Shown here one piece after another: positions 46,303-55,802 of a stretch of 64,000 bases of DNA. Both the position numbers and the translations under genes were made by a program. Source of the stretch: an uncultured Candidatus Saccharibacteria bacterium (lineage in GTDB: Bacteria; Patescibacteriota; Dojkabacteria; J137); NCBI GenBank assembly GCA_964561155.1, contig CAZLOI010000001.1, forward strand, positions 3,958 to 67,957, read 5' to 3'. The notes beneath the pieces are model-generated. The model saw only the letters and a program-made list of their open reading frames with translations. It did not search any database and was not told the origin of the DNA. The first letter of the stretch is position 1. Every line of letters begins with the position of its first letter.

Positions 46303-46854
46303 TTACTTTCTCCTTCTTTCGAAAGGCATTCCTAAAAGTTCAAGTAATTTGTAAGCTTGATCCTTGTTTGGTGCAGTTGTATTAACTACTACTTGCAATG
46401 ATCTAATCTTAACAAATGTTGATGTATCAATCTCTGGGAATATAGTATGTTCCTTTATTCCTAGAGTATATCCTCCCTTTGAATCAAATGATCTTCCAGA
46501 AACTCCTCTGAAGTCCTTAATTCTAGGTAGTGTTACATTTACTAATTTGTCAAAAAAGCTCCACATCTTCTCACCTCTTAGGGTTACCTTGATTCCGTTA
46601 GGAGTACCTTCTCTCAATTTAAAGTTTGAAATAGCCTCTGTTGAATGAACAACAATAGGTTTCTGTCCTGTAATCTGTGCAATAGTCTCACTCATCTCAT
46701 CTACAACTGCTGTGTTGTTCTTGAACTCAGATCCGATACCAGCATTCACTACAATCTTTTGAAGTGTAGGAATAGCCATAACGTTCTTAATTCCGAACTC
46801 TTCTTGCATTTTCTTTGCTATCTCTTTTTGGTATTTTGTTTTTAAGTCTGACAT
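46303..46854 (-). CDS. rplE: 50S ribosomal protein L5
   Basis: LKTKYQKEIAKKMQEEFGIKNVMAIPTLQKIVVNAGIG...RGMPFERRRK. Confidence 0.9.
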   Translation of the reverse strand: MSDLKTKYQKEIAKKMQEEFGIKNVMAIPTLQKIVVNAGIGSEFKNNTAVVDEMSETIAQITGQKPIVVHSTEAISNFKLREGTPNGIKVTLRGEKMWSFFDKLVNVTLPRIKDFRGVSGRSFDSKGGYTLGIKEHTIFPEIDTSTFVKIRSLQVVVNTTAPNKDQAYKLLELLGMPFERRRK

Positions 46855-46856
46855 TT

Positions 46857-47189
46857 TTATTTAATTAATTCTCCACTTTTTTTAAAATATCTGAATTTCT
46901 TTCCAGTCTTCTCATCAATCTTCAAACCTACTCTACTTGGAACTTTTGATTTAGGATCAATCAACATCACATTAGATGCATCGATTGGTTTTTCAATCTG
47001 AATGATTCCTCCCTCGATTCCTAAAGATGGGTTTGGCTTCTGAGCTTTCTTCACTATGTTAACACCTTTGATCAATACTTTAACCTGCTTTGTATCTTTA
47101 TCTACAATAACTGCTTCGATCTCTCCCTGCTTTCCAGCATCTTTTCCTCTCATTACTTGTACTTTGTCTCCTTTTATTAGTTTATTCAT
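46857..47189 (-). CDS. rplX: 50S ribosomal protein L24
   Basis: IKGDKVQVMRGKDAGKQGEIEAVIVDKDTKQVKVLIKGVNIVKK (KOW motif). Confidence 0.9.
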   Translation of the reverse strand: MNKLIKGDKVQVMRGKDAGKQGEIEAVIVDKDTKQVKVLIKGVNIVKKAQKPNPSLGIEGGIIQIEKPIDASNVMLIDPKSKVPSRVGLKIDEKTGKKFRYFKKSGELIK

Positions 47190-47190
47190 A

Positions 47191-47574
47191 TTAAAGAACC
47201 TCTGGTGCCATTGAAATAATCTTATTAAATCCTCTATCTTTTAACTCTCTAGCAATTGGTCCGAAGATTCTAGTTCCTTTTGGATCTTTAGTCTCCTTTA
47301 CAATTAAAGCTGCTGAGTTTTCGTCAAATTTAATATGAGAACCATCCTTTCGTCTCATTTCCTTCTTGCATCTAATTACAACTGCATGAACAACATCTCC
47401 TTTCTTGTAGTTTGAGTTTGGCATTACTTTCTTTACAGAAGCACTTACAATATCTCCAACATATCCGAACTTTGAGAATGTTCTTCCTTTCTTTCCTCCC
47501 AATACTTGGATTACCATAATTTCTTTGGCACCTGTATTGTCAGCTACTTTTAATCTAGATAATTTCTGTATCAT
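47191..47574 (-). CDS. rplN: 50S ribosomal protein L14
   Basis: [27 protein letters not shown]...[10 protein letters not shown]. Confidence 0.9.
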   Translation of the reverse strand: MIQKLSRLKVADNTGAKEIMVIQVLGGKKGRTFSKFGYVGDIVSASVKKVMPNSNYKKGDVVHAVVIRCKKEMRRKDGSHIKFDENSAALIVKETKDPKGTRIFGPIARELKDRGFNKIISMAPEVL

Positions 47575-47827
47575 GTTTTTTAATCTTAACTAAAAATACC
47601 CAAGACTTTCTTGGTGAAAGCTTTCTTCCTTCTCCTATCTCAACAATGTCTCCTACTGCAACTTCCTTAGAATCTGCAATATCTACAACATAACTCTTAT
47701 GCTTTTTAACAGTCTTTCCATACTTAGGGTGAGCATACTTTGTTTCTACCCTTACCTTAATTGTATTAGGAGTAGATATTTTTGCTACCTTTCCAGTCAA
47801 TGTTTTCTTATTCTTATTATTTTCCAT
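47555..47827 (-). CDS. rpsQ: 30S ribosomal protein S17
   Basis: [45 protein letters not shown]. The 3' end overlaps rplN by 20 nt. Confidence 0.9.
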   Translation of the reverse strand: MENNKNKKTLTGKVAKISTPNTIKVRVETKYAHPKYGKTVKKHKSYVVDIADSKEVAVGDIVEIGEGRKLSPRKSWVFLVKIKKHDTEII

Positions 47828-47990
47828 TTGCTTTTGTTAATAATCTAGCAATTTCCTTTCTTAGTAATTTAAGCTTTGCTGTATTCTTTTCTGCTCCCGT
47901 AACTACATCTAACTTTAGTCTAGTTAGTTCTTTTCTAAGATCTACCAAAGAATTTGATTCTGTTTTTGTTTCAACTGCTTTCTTTGCCAT
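47817..47990 (-). CDS. rpmC: 50S ribosomal protein L29 (57 aa; below ORF-track cutoff)
   Basis: The minus strand from ATG at 47990 reads [57 protein letters not shown], an L29-like helical hairpin in the conserved position between rplP and rpsQ. Its TAA overlaps the rpsQ start (AAUGGAAAAUAA). Confidence 0.75.
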   Translation of the reverse strand: MAKKAVETKTESNSLVDLRKELTRLKLDVVTGAEKNTAKLKLLRKEIARLLTKANGK

Positions 47991-47993
47991 ATC

Positions 47994-48410
47994 TTAAAAA
48001 GTTACTTGTTTGTCAATTATTCTAGTTTTTACAGAAATCTTTCTTGCTGCTCTCTCTAGCGCTTCTCTACATGTTGCTTCAGGTAAACCTCCTATTTCAA
48101 AAAGAACTAGTGCTGGTCTAACTACTGCTACAAAGTGATCTACAGGTCCCTTACCTCCTCCTCTAACAACTTCGTCACTCTTCTTTGTAACTGGTTTATG
48201 AGGGAAAATCTTAACCCATAGCTTTCCTTTTCTGTCTGTATAGTTTGCAACTGCCTTTCTTGCTGACTCAATTTCTCTTGAATGTACCCATCCTCTTTCA
48301 GTAGCTTGTAGACCGAAGTCTCCGTAAGCAACTTCTGATCCTCTTAATGAGATTCCGTTCATCTTTCCTCTGAATTCTTTGTTGTACTTTCTTTTCTTAG
48401 GTTGCAACAT
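47994..48410 (-). CDS. rplP: 50S ribosomal protein L16
   Basis: MLQPKKRKYNKEFRGKMNGISLRGSEVAYGDFGLQATERGWVHSREIESARKA...VKIFPHKPVTKK. Confidence 0.9.
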   Translation of the reverse strand: MLQPKKRKYNKEFRGKMNGISLRGSEVAYGDFGLQATERGWVHSREIESARKAVANYTDRKGKLWVKIFPHKPVTKKSDEVVRGGGKGPVDHFVAVVRPALVLFEIGGLPEATCREALERAARKISVKTRIIDKQVTF

Positions 48411-48415
48411 ATATT

Positions 48416-49072
48416 TTAGTCAATTGTGTATGTATTTTTCTCTCCTTTATTTATCCAAACCTTGATTCCGTGTTTTCCTGCTCTTGGTACTTGTGCTTCT
48501 ACATTTGCGTAGTCGATATCAGCTCTAATAGTGTGTCTTGGAACAAATCCCCAAGATACCTTTTCCTTTCTAGCCATATCAGCTCCCTTAATTCTTCCTC
48601 CTACCCAAATCGTTATTCCTTTAATCAAACCTGTTGCTTTTGCTGCGTCTGCTGCTTTCTGCATTGCCATCTTTGGTGCTACTCTTTTTTCACACTGTGC
48701 TGCAATGTTTTCTGCTACTAACTTTGCAATTGTATCAGGGTTCTTTACTTCAAATGGTTTAACTTCTACTGGTTGACCAACTAATTTTGTTAGTTCGTCT
48801 TTTAATGCAGTAATACCTGCACCGCTTCTTCCGATTACAACTCCTGGTCTAGCTACGAATAGCTCAACTACAATCTTGTTAATCATTCTCTTAATTACAA
48901 CAGATGCAACACCTGCTGACTTAAGCTTCTCGTTAACTAACTTCTTTATCTTTCGATCCATCAAAAATTTATCTGCATAAGTTTCCTTTGATGCATACCA
49001 TCTTGATGTCCAATTTTTGTTTACTCCAACTCTAAATCCTATTGGATTTACTTTGTGCGAACCTCTAGCCAT
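48416..49072 (-). CDS. rpsC: 30S ribosomal protein S3
   Basis: MARGSHKVNPIGFRVGVNKNWTSRWYASKETYADKFLMD, then KH domain, then VIGRSGAGITALKDEL. Confidence 0.9.
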   Translation of the reverse strand: MARGSHKVNPIGFRVGVNKNWTSRWYASKETYADKFLMDRKIKKLVNEKLKSAGVASVVIKRMINKIVVELFVARPGVVIGRSGAGITALKDELTKLVGQPVEVKPFEVKNPDTIAKLVAENIAAQCEKRVAPKMAMQKAADAAKATGLIKGITIWVGGRIKGADMARKEKVSWGFVPRHTIRADIDYANVEAQVPRAGKHGIKVWINKGEKNTYTID

Positions 49073-49126
49073 AAAAAAATACTTACAAAAGTATGTGTGA
49101 TTATATCATCTAAACACCATTATTTG

Positions 49127-49579
49127 CTACTCTGATTTACCTTTTACAGTAGCTTTTTTAACGCTCTTTTCAGCAGTAACTTTCTTCACTTTTTTAACAG
49201 ATTTTTCAGTAACTTCGTCATTCTTTTTTTCCTTTTTCTCAACTCTTTCGTCTGATACTACAACTAGTAGGTTTGTTACACCTCTATTCATCATAAAGTA
49301 TCCAGCTCCTTTTGCCTTTGGATGTCCCTTTCTTATTCTAATAGCACCTTTATCAACTCTTAATTCTTTAATGTATAAATCATTCAATGATGCACCTTTG
49401 CTTGAAGCATTTGCTGCTGCTGATTTCAACCCCTTGTATACATGTACTGCTGTTCCCTTGTTCATGAACTTAAGAACATTTAAAGCTTCGTAAACACTCA
49501 TACCCTTTACAACTTCTGCTGGTATTCGCATCTTCTTTGCTGATTTTCCTATGTTGTTTATTATTGCTTTAGCTTCCAT
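49127..49579 (-). CDS. rplV: 50S ribosomal protein L22 (Lys-rich C-terminal extension)
   Basis: AKKMRIPAEVVKGMSVYEALNVLKFMNKGTA...IKELRVDKGAIRIRKGHPKAKG, plus a VKKVKKVTAEKSVKKATVKGK tail. Confidence 0.9.
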   Translation of the reverse strand: MEAKAIINNIGKSAKKMRIPAEVVKGMSVYEALNVLKFMNKGTAVHVYKGLKSAAANASSKGASLNDLYIKELRVDKGAIRIRKGHPKAKGAGYFMMNRGVTNLLVVVSDERVEKKEKKNDEVTEKSVKKVKKVTAEKSVKKATVKGKSE

Positions 49580-49592
49580 ATGTTAGTTTTAA

Positions 49593-49883
49593 TTATTTTG
49601 CTCCAGGCGCTGCTGCAGCTATTTTACCTTTCTTACTATGTCCACTGAACTTTCTTGTAAAAGAAAACTCTCCTAACTTATGCCCAACCATTGATTCTGT
49701 AACGAATACTTTGTTGAAGTATTTTCCGTTATGAACTTCAAAGTTTAATCCCACCATTTCTGGAGAAATTGCTGAACTTCTTGACCATGTTTTAATTGTC
49801 TTGTTTCCACCGTTCTTTGCAGCGACTACCTTCTTCATTAAAGATTCTTCTACAAATGGTCCTTTCTTTAAACTTCTAGACAT
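49593..49883 (-). CDS. rpsS: 30S ribosomal protein S19
   Basis: [19 protein letters not shown]...[50 protein letters not shown]. Confidence 0.9.
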   Translation of the reverse strand: MSRSLKKGPFVEESLMKKVVAAKNGGNKTIKTWSRSSAISPEMVGLNFEVHNGKYFNKVFVTESMVGHKLGEFSFTRKFSGHSKKGKIAAAAPGAK

Positions 49884-49888
49884 ATTTA

Positions 49889-50752
49889 TTAAATAATAGT
49901 TTTTGTTTTCTTAAATTTATTAGTTTCAGGTCTTCTTCTAATAATGAACTTACCTGTTGGATTCTTCATACTTCTTGTTCTCTTTCCGATTAGGTTACCC
50001 CATCTGTCTGATTTAGGTCCTCCAGTTCCGTGTCTACCTCCCTTTCCTTGTCCTCCAGCGTGAGGGTGTTTTGTAGACATAGCTACTCCTCTAACTGTTG
50101 GTCTTACTCCCTTAAGTCTCTTTCTTCCTGCCTTTCCTAGTTTTACATTCTTTTGGTCCATATTACTTACGAAACCAATTGATGCATAACAATCTTCTTT
50201 TACTAATCTCAATTCTCCACTTGGCATTTTCAATTGAACATATCCCTGGTCTCCTCCCATCACTTGTATTCTTGTTCCAGCTGATCTTGCAATGACTGCT
50301 CCTTCACTTGGGTACAACTCTACAGAGTGAACAAAAGTTCCCTGAGGTATATTCTTTAGCTTCATTCCATTTCCCAAAGATATTGGTGCAACATCTGAAT
50401 TTATAACCTTGTGACCAACCTTTAATCCGTCTGGTGCCAAGATATATTTTCTATCTCCATCAATGTATTTGATCAATGCAATAAATGCTGTTCTGTTTGG
50501 ATCGTATTCAATTGTTTCAACTGTTCCTGCTACTTCTTTCTTAGTTCTCTTGAAATCAATAATTCTATATGCTCTCTTAACGCCAGCTCCTTGGTGTCTC
50601 ATTGTTACTCTTCCTAGGTTATTTCTACCACCCTGACTTCTTAAATCAGTAGTCAATGGCTTATATGGACCTGTCTTTGTAAGCTCTGATCGATCAATCA
50701 GCACTGCATGTCTCACTCCTGCGCTTGTTGGTTTAAATTTCTTTAGTGCCAT
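49889..50752 (-). CDS. rplB: 50S ribosomal protein L2
   Basis: [15 protein letters not shown]...[28 protein letters not shown]...[20 protein letters not shown]. Confidence 0.9.
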   Translation of the reverse strand: MALKKFKPTSAGVRHAVLIDRSELTKTGPYKPLTTDLRSQGGRNNLGRVTMRHQGAGVKRAYRIIDFKRTKKEVAGTVETIEYDPNRTAFIALIKYIDGDRKYILAPDGLKVGHKVINSDVAPISLGNGMKLKNIPQGTFVHSVELYPSEGAVIARSAGTRIQVMGGDQGYVQLKMPSGELRLVKEDCYASIGFVSNMDQKNVKLGKAGRKRLKGVRPTVRGVAMSTKHPHAGGQGKGGRHGTGGPKSDRWGNLIGKRTRSMKNPTGKFIIRRRPETNKFKKTKTII

Positions 50753-50765
50753 ATATTAATATTAA

Positions 50766-51044
50766 TTACTTCTCTAATAAATCAAACTTATCGTTAGCTC
50801 CAAGCTTAAAGTACATGATCTTTCTATCCTTTAATTTGATAGCCTTACCAGATACTCTATCTCTTTTGTACTTTCCCATTCTACTTGTAGTCTTTACATC
50901 TACAATCTTCATTCCGTATGCTGCTTCAAATTCTTTCTTTGCACTAGTCTTGTTTGCATTTACATCTACTTCGAAAGCTACATATTTGTTAGCCTTGTAC
51001 TCGTTAATTGATTTTTCTGTTACAACTGGTTTTCTTAGTATCAT
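50766..51044 (-). CDS. rplW: 50S ribosomal protein L23
   Basis: MILRKPVVTEKSINEYKANKYVAFEVDVNANKTSAKKEFEAAYGMKIVDVKT. Confidence 0.9.
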   Translation of the reverse strand: MILRKPVVTEKSINEYKANKYVAFEVDVNANKTSAKKEFEAAYGMKIVDVKTTSRMGKYKRDRVSGKAIKLKDRKIMYFKLGANDKFDLLEK

Positions 51045-51661
51045 AAACTTCTTTCCTTAAGGTTATTTAATGCAGCCTCTTCAATGATCAAGTGACCAGA
51101 GTTTAAAAGATCGTAAACACTTACTTCTCCAACGAACATAATTCTTACATTCTGAATGTTTGAGAAAGCCTTTAGAGCATTCTGTTCTACATTCTCAGTA
51201 ATGATTGTTACCTTCTTTGGTGAATTAAATGATTCTAAAATCTTGTTAGCATCTTTAATTGAAGCCTCAACTGCTACCTTATCTACTACTGAAACTTTTC
51301 CAGCACTAAATACCTTAGCAAGAGCATTCTTTAAAGCTACTTTCTTAAACTTCTTATTCAAATCTCTACTCCAGTTAACATCACTTGAAGGTCCATGTGC
51401 TCTTCCTCCTCCTCTCCAAATTGGTGATCTTGATGATCCTGATCTTGCTCTACCTGTACCTTTTTGTGCCCATGGCTTCTTTCCTCCTCCTCTTACTTCT
51501 GCCTTAGTCTTTGTATTTGCATTTCCTTCTCTTTGATTTGAAAGATATACATATACATACTGAGACAATATTCTATCGTTTGGTTTAACATCAAATACTG
51601 CTTCGTCTAGTGTTATTTCCTTAAGCTTTTTGTTTTGTACTGTTACTAAATCTACTTTCAT
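51041..51661 (-). CDS. rplD: 50S ribosomal protein L4
   Basis: TKAEVRGGGKKPWAQKGTGRARSGSSRSPIWRGGGRAHGP. Confidence 0.9.
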   Translation of the reverse strand: MKVDLVTVQNKKLKEITLDEAVFDVKPNDRILSQYVYVYLSNQREGNANTKTKAEVRGGGKKPWAQKGTGRARSGSSRSPIWRGGGRAHGPSSDVNWSRDLNKKFKKVALKNALAKVFSAGKVSVVDKVAVEASIKDANKILESFNSPKKVTIITENVEQNALKAFSNIQNVRIMFVGEVSVYDLLNSGHLIIEEAALNNLKERSL

Positions 51662-51662
51662 A

Positions 51663-52268
51663 TTATCGAGACTTAATTATTGCGTAAGTACCTCTAGCAC
51701 CAGGAACTGATCCTCTTATTGCTAGTAGATTATTTACTGTATCTATATATTCAACTTGTAATCCTAAAACTGTCTTTGTTCTGTTTCCCATGTGTCCTCC
51801 CATCTTCTTTCCTTTGAATACTCTTCCAGGGATTGCTCTAGATCCTAAAGATCCAGGTGCTCTTTCTCTGTCAGAAGAACCGTGAGTTCTTGGCATTCCG
51901 TGGAATCCCCATCTCTTAACAACACCTTGAAAACCTTTTCCCTTTGTTACTCCAGTTACTGAAACCTGATCTCCTAATTCAAAAAGATCTGCTCCTAGCT
52001 TCTGTCCTGCTTCTACTGTTACATCTTCTTTAACTGTAAATGTTCCTTTAAATCTTGGAACAATGTTCAAAGCCTTGTATTTTCCTGTCTCTGCCTTTGT
52101 TCCCTTTCTCTTATTATCTTTTACTAATTCGTATTGATTCTTCTCTCCAACCTTAGCAGTCTTGCTTACGTAGTTCTCTGATACATCAAAGATAGTTACA
52201 GAAATAACTTCTCCGTTGTCTTTAAACACTTGTGTCATTCCAATTTTCTTTCCTAGGATTGCTTTCAT
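51663..52268 (-). CDS. rplC: 50S ribosomal protein L3
   Basis: MKAILGKKIGMTQVFKDNGEVISVTIFDV...GKGFQGVVKRWGFHGMPRTHGSSDRERAPGSLGS. Confidence 0.9.
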   Translation of the reverse strand: MKAILGKKIGMTQVFKDNGEVISVTIFDVSENYVSKTAKVGEKNQYELVKDNKRKGTKAETGKYKALNIVPRFKGTFTVKEDVTVEAGQKLGADLFELGDQVSVTGVTKGKGFQGVVKRWGFHGMPRTHGSSDRERAPGSLGSRAIPGRVFKGKKMGGHMGNRTKTVLGLQVEYIDTVNNLLAIRGSVPGARGTYAIIKSR

Positions 52269-52279
52269 AATAATCTTTA

Positions 52280-52582
52280 TTAACTTTTGATTTGAACCTC
52301 AATTCCTGCAGGAAGTTGCATATGAGAAAGTGATTCAATCGTCTTTACATTAAAATCAACTACATCTACTAATCTTGTGTGCTCAAATAACTTGAAATGC
52401 TCTTTAGACTTACCATCGATATGTGGACCTTTATGAATTGCCATACTCCATCTTTTTGTAGGAAGAGGAATAGGACCCTTTATCTTGGCACCTGTATCAA
52501 TTACAGCTTTTGCAATATCCATCGTTGCTTTATCAACAACTTTGAAGTCAAATCCTTTTATTTTAACTCTTATTTTTTGCAT
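52280..52582 (-). CDS. rpsJ: 30S ribosomal protein S10
   Basis: MQKIRVKIKGFDFKVVDKATMDIAKAVIDTGAKIKGPIPLPTKRWSMAIHKGPHIDGKSKEHFKLFEHTRLVDVVDFNVKTIESL. Confidence 0.9.
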   Translation of the reverse strand: MQKIRVKIKGFDFKVVDKATMDIAKAVIDTGAKIKGPIPLPTKRWSMAIHKGPHIDGKSKEHFKLFEHTRLVDVVDFNVKTIESLSHMQLPAGIEVQIKS

Positions 52583-52614
52583 TGTTTTTATTTAAAGATC
52601 TATCTTCTATTCTG

Positions 52615-52650
52615 CGCCTTCGATTATAGCAAACGAAGACCCGGAATAAA
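52615..52650 (-). promoter_or_regulatory. candidate S10-operon promoter immediately downstream of the tuf terminator
   Basis: The minus strand reads ...GGCTTTTATTCCGGGTCTTCGTTTGCTATAATCGAAGG.... TATAAT corresponds to plus 52623-52628, about 40 nt before the rpsJ ATG. The -35 is weak (TTATTC). Confidence 0.3.
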
Positions 52651-52679
52651 AGCCCCCTCTATGTTTTTTACATAGAGGG
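52640..52679 (-). terminator. intrinsic terminator downstream of tuf (9-bp stem CCCTCTATG/CATAGAGGG, 7-nt loop, then GGCUUUUAUU)
   Basis: Arms at 52655-52663 and 52671-52679 are exact complements. The U-rich tract lies on the minus-strand transcript (revcomp of 52640-52654). 17 nt after the tuf stop. Confidence 0.5.
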
Positions 52680-52695
52680 AGACTCTTATAAATCA

Positions 52696-53889
52696 TTAGC
52701 TTGCAATTGCGGTAATTACACCTGCTCCAACTGTTCTTCCTCCTTCTCTAATAGCGAAGGTCATCTTTTCTTCAAGAGCTACTTTAGTTCCCAATCTAAC
52801 TTCTGCTGTGATGTTATCACCTGGCATAACTAGTTGAGTTCCTTCAGACAAGATAACTTCTCCAGTTACGTCTGCAGTTCCAATATAGAACTGTGGTTTG
52901 TATCCAGATCCGAATCCTGTATGTCTTCCTCCTTCATCCTTTGATAGGATATAGATTTCAGCCTTGAATGCAGTGTGTGGTTTAATTGAACCCTTAGCTG
53001 CTAGAACCTGACCTCTTTCAATATCTTCTCTCTTGATACCTCTGATTAATAATCCAACGTTGTCTCCAGCCTGTCCTTCTGTCATCTGCTTCTTGAACAT
53101 CTCAACTCCTGTGATTGTTACCTCTTTAGCAGTTTCCATCAAACCGATCTGTTCTACAATGTCGTTAATCTTAACTTTTCCTCTTCCGATTCTACCTGTT
53201 GCAACTGTTCCTCTTCCTTCGATAGAGAATACATCTTCAACCTGCATTAAGAATGGTTTGTCGATCTCTCTTTCTGGCATTGGAATTGTTTCGTCCATAG
53301 CCTTTAATAGAGCCGCCATAGTCTCGTCTCCGTCCTTCTCTCCAGTTGTACCATACAATGCTGATCCAACTACAAATGGAACTTTGTCTGCTTCGTAACC
53401 ATATGTCTTCATTAGGTCTTTCATTTCTTCCTTAATCAATTCAAGAAGATCTGGGTCTGTATTGTCATCAAATCTATTGATGAATACAACCAAGTGCTTA
53501 ACTCCAACTTGATTAGCAAGAAGTAAATGCTCCTTTGTCTGAGGCATTGGTCCATCTGCTGCTGAAACTACAATAATTGCGCCGTCCATCTGAGCTGCTC
53601 CAGTGATCATATTCTTGATGTAGTCTTTATGTCCTGGACAGTCGATATGTGCGTAGTGTCTTACTTCAGATTCATATTCAACGTGTGAAGATGCAACTGT
53701 AACGATCTTGTTAGATCCTGCTCTTGCAATACCTCCCTTAGCGATATCAGAATAGGACTTGCCTGAATTCTGCCATCCCTTTCTCTGAGAGTATGATACT
53801 AAAGCAGCTGTTAAAGTTGTCTTTCCGTGGTCGATATGACCTAAAGTTCCGACATTTACATGTGGCTTTGATCTTACAAACTCTGCCAT
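52696..53889 (-). CDS. tuf: elongation factor Tu
   Basis: [23 protein letters not shown] (G1), DCPGHKDY (G3), NKFD (G4), full length 397 aa. Confidence 0.95.
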   Translation of the reverse strand: MAEFVRSKPHVNVGTLGHIDHGKTTLTAALVSYSQRKGWQNSGKSYSDIAKGGIARAGSNKIVTVASSHVEYESEVRHYAHIDCPGHKDYIKNMITGAAQMDGAIIVVSAADGPMPQTKEHLLLANQVGVKHLVVFINRFDDNTDPDLLELIKEEMKDLMKTYGYEADKVPFVVGSALYGTTGEKDGDETMAALLKAMDETIPMPEREIDKPFLMQVEDVFSIEGRGTVATGRIGRGKVKINDIVEQIGLMETAKEVTITGVEMFKKQMTEGQAGDNVGLLIRGIKREDIERGQVLAAKGSIKPHTAFKAEIYILSKDEGGRHTGFGSGYKPQFYIGTADVTGEVILSEGTQLVMPGDNITAEVRLGTKVALEEKMTFAIREGGRTVGAGVITAIAS

Positions 53890-54106
53890 AACTGTCTTTT
53901 AAAATATAAAATAAAATTCTTTTGGTTTAGTTTATACCAACTGGTATTAATACTCGCTGACTTATTATCCAGTAAATTTAATTACCAAGATATTCGTGAA
54001 AAACGGGTAAACTAAAGTAGGATTATAATCTATAAATAGTGATAATTCAACAAAATCGGCTTGGAATTTAACTACAGATTATAAATTCAAAATTGAGGTA
54101 ATTTTG

Positions 54107-55129
54107 TTACTGATTTATCAAAAATTTATTCAGAACCATTCCACTTTCTTTGTATTCCTTAGCAAGTTCAAGTCCAATATACCTATAATGCCAAGGCTCG
54201 TATGAATAACCTGTTTCAGAAGTCTTGTCTTTAGGATACGAAAGTACATATCCATAGTTATGAGCATTTTCTTGCAACCAAATACCTGCTGCTGTTGAAT
54301 CAAAGGCTTCAGTAAAGTCAAATCCTGAGTCTGCACTCATAAAGTCGACTGCTGTTCCAAGCTGATGCTCGGAATATCCAGCTCTTGCCGAAATCTTATC
54401 AGCTTCTTCAAGTCCTAACTGTCTTACCCACTCAACGTATTGTCTAAACTGAACTATGTAGGATCTATAGCCTGATGCTACTACTATATCCTTTCCCGTA
54501 TCGGTCTTTAAGTTTCGAAGCATAATAGCTAAGGCGTCTGCTGCTTCAGTTCGCAACTTTATTCCAGGAGCATTTGTATATAAAAGCTTATCTACATTTA
54601 GGTCGACTAAATCTATTGGCTCAAACGTTGTATAAAGCTTTACGCCTTTCTTAACATTGGCTCCAAGATCGTTACCATCTACAAATATGTATGGATCAAA
54701 CTCAGGAACATCCCTCATTCCAAGTGGGAATGAAAAGTTCTCTCTGGTTATACTTGGCTTCACTTTTGAAATATTGCCAGATCCATCCTGAATCTCTATT
54801 TCTGGAGTTGTTAACCCTAAAGCTGCATTGAATACTTCCAATACGTATACATTTCTACCATCTTCTGAGGTGTCTAAATAATGTAGTTGATACTTTTCTG
54901 AATTAACTGCACTCACTTCTTCGTCTGCGTATACAAGAAAACTAGTTCTTGGCTGGAGAGTTGTTATATTTGTAAGGGGCAATTCAAGAGTCGGTGCTTG
55001 AGAATCTGCCTCTGTCTGTGTCTGTAATCCTTCACTACTTTGAAGCTTTATTACCAGGAATACTGCTGCAACAGCAGCGATTACAACAAGAAGAGAGATT
55101 AATAGGTTTCTTTTTAGATTTGTCTTCAT
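54107..55129 (-). CDS. peptidase M15 (VanY-like D-Ala-D-Ala carboxypeptidase) with N-terminal membrane anchor
   Basis: ASGYRSY...YSEHQLGTAVDF (SxHxxGxAxD zinc-binding motif) and YSYEPWHYRYIG (ExxH motif). N-terminal TM LLISLLVVIAAVAAVFLVI. Confidence 0.8.
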   Translation of the reverse strand: MKTNLKRNLLISLLVVIAAVAAVFLVIKLQSSEGLQTQTEADSQAPTLELPLTNITTLQPRTSFLVYADEEVSAVNSEKYQLHYLDTSEDGRNVYVLEVFNAALGLTTPEIEIQDGSGNISKVKPSITRENFSFPLGMRDVPEFDPYIFVDGNDLGANVKKGVKLYTTFEPIDLVDLNVDKLLYTNAPGIKLRTEAADALAIMLRNLKTDTGKDIVVASGYRSYIVQFRQYVEWVRQLGLEEADKISARAGYSEHQLGTAVDFMSADSGFDFTEAFDSTAAGIWLQENAHNYGYVLSYPKDKTSETGYSYEPWHYRYIGLELAKEYKESGMVLNKFLINQ

Positions 55130-55157
55130 ACATTATTATACACGCTAACGATCTGAC

Positions 55158-55793
55158 TCACATTTCTTTTTGAATCTGTTCCTGAGTAAATGTAAATGAC
55201 ATACCATCAGGATCAACAAGGAAATATTTCGCTACTTCTAACAAATCATCCTCATTCACAGTTTTCAATAATAGATCGCGTGCCAAATTATACTCAGACC
55301 ACCTTGGATCATCACTCTTCCAAGCTTTACATACTACCAATAGCCTAAGGTAGTTATCAAAAAGCTCTCTTTTACGCTTATACATATCGTTCGTACATCT
55401 TTTCATCCAGTACATAAGCCCCACTTCTGCACCATCATGATCCATATCTTGAAGGCTTGGTACATCTACAGGGAGACTAAATGTAATTTCACTTGAATTA
55501 GAAATGTATAGACTTCTAATTGTATGAATAACACTAGTTGGAATATGTGCGAGTACAAGGTTCTGAAAGCTCTCAGTCATTTCTTCAAAGCTACCTCTCA
55601 ACGAAACAAATAAGTATCTATCAAATAACTCAGTATTTTCAGAGTATGCTCTTTGACACTCATCTAAATGAAAGCTATCTACATATTGATTTCTTCCTTG
55701 GAACATTTCTAAAGCTTCTACATCGGGAAAACGATCGCAGCTAAAAGGATTAATGGGACTGGCTTGTACTAATTCGTCTTCAGGAATTGACAC
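55158..55793 (-). CDS. hypothetical cytoplasmic protein (start uncertain; track start is GTG)
   Basis: 211-aa ORF with no recognisable motif. The first in-frame ATG is at residue 30. Confidence 0.35.
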   Translation of the reverse strand: MSIPEDELVQASPINPFSCDRFPDVEALEMFQGRNQYVDSFHLDECQRAYSENTELFDRYLFVSLRGSFEEMTESFQNLVLAHIPTSVIHTIRSLYISNSSEITFSLPVDVPSLQDMDHDGAEVGLMYWMKRCTNDMYKRKRELFDNYLRLLVVCKAWKSDDPRWSEYNLARDLLLKTVNEDDLLEVAKYFLVDPDGMSFTFTQEQIQKEM

Positions 55794-55802
55794 TATATTT
55801 GG

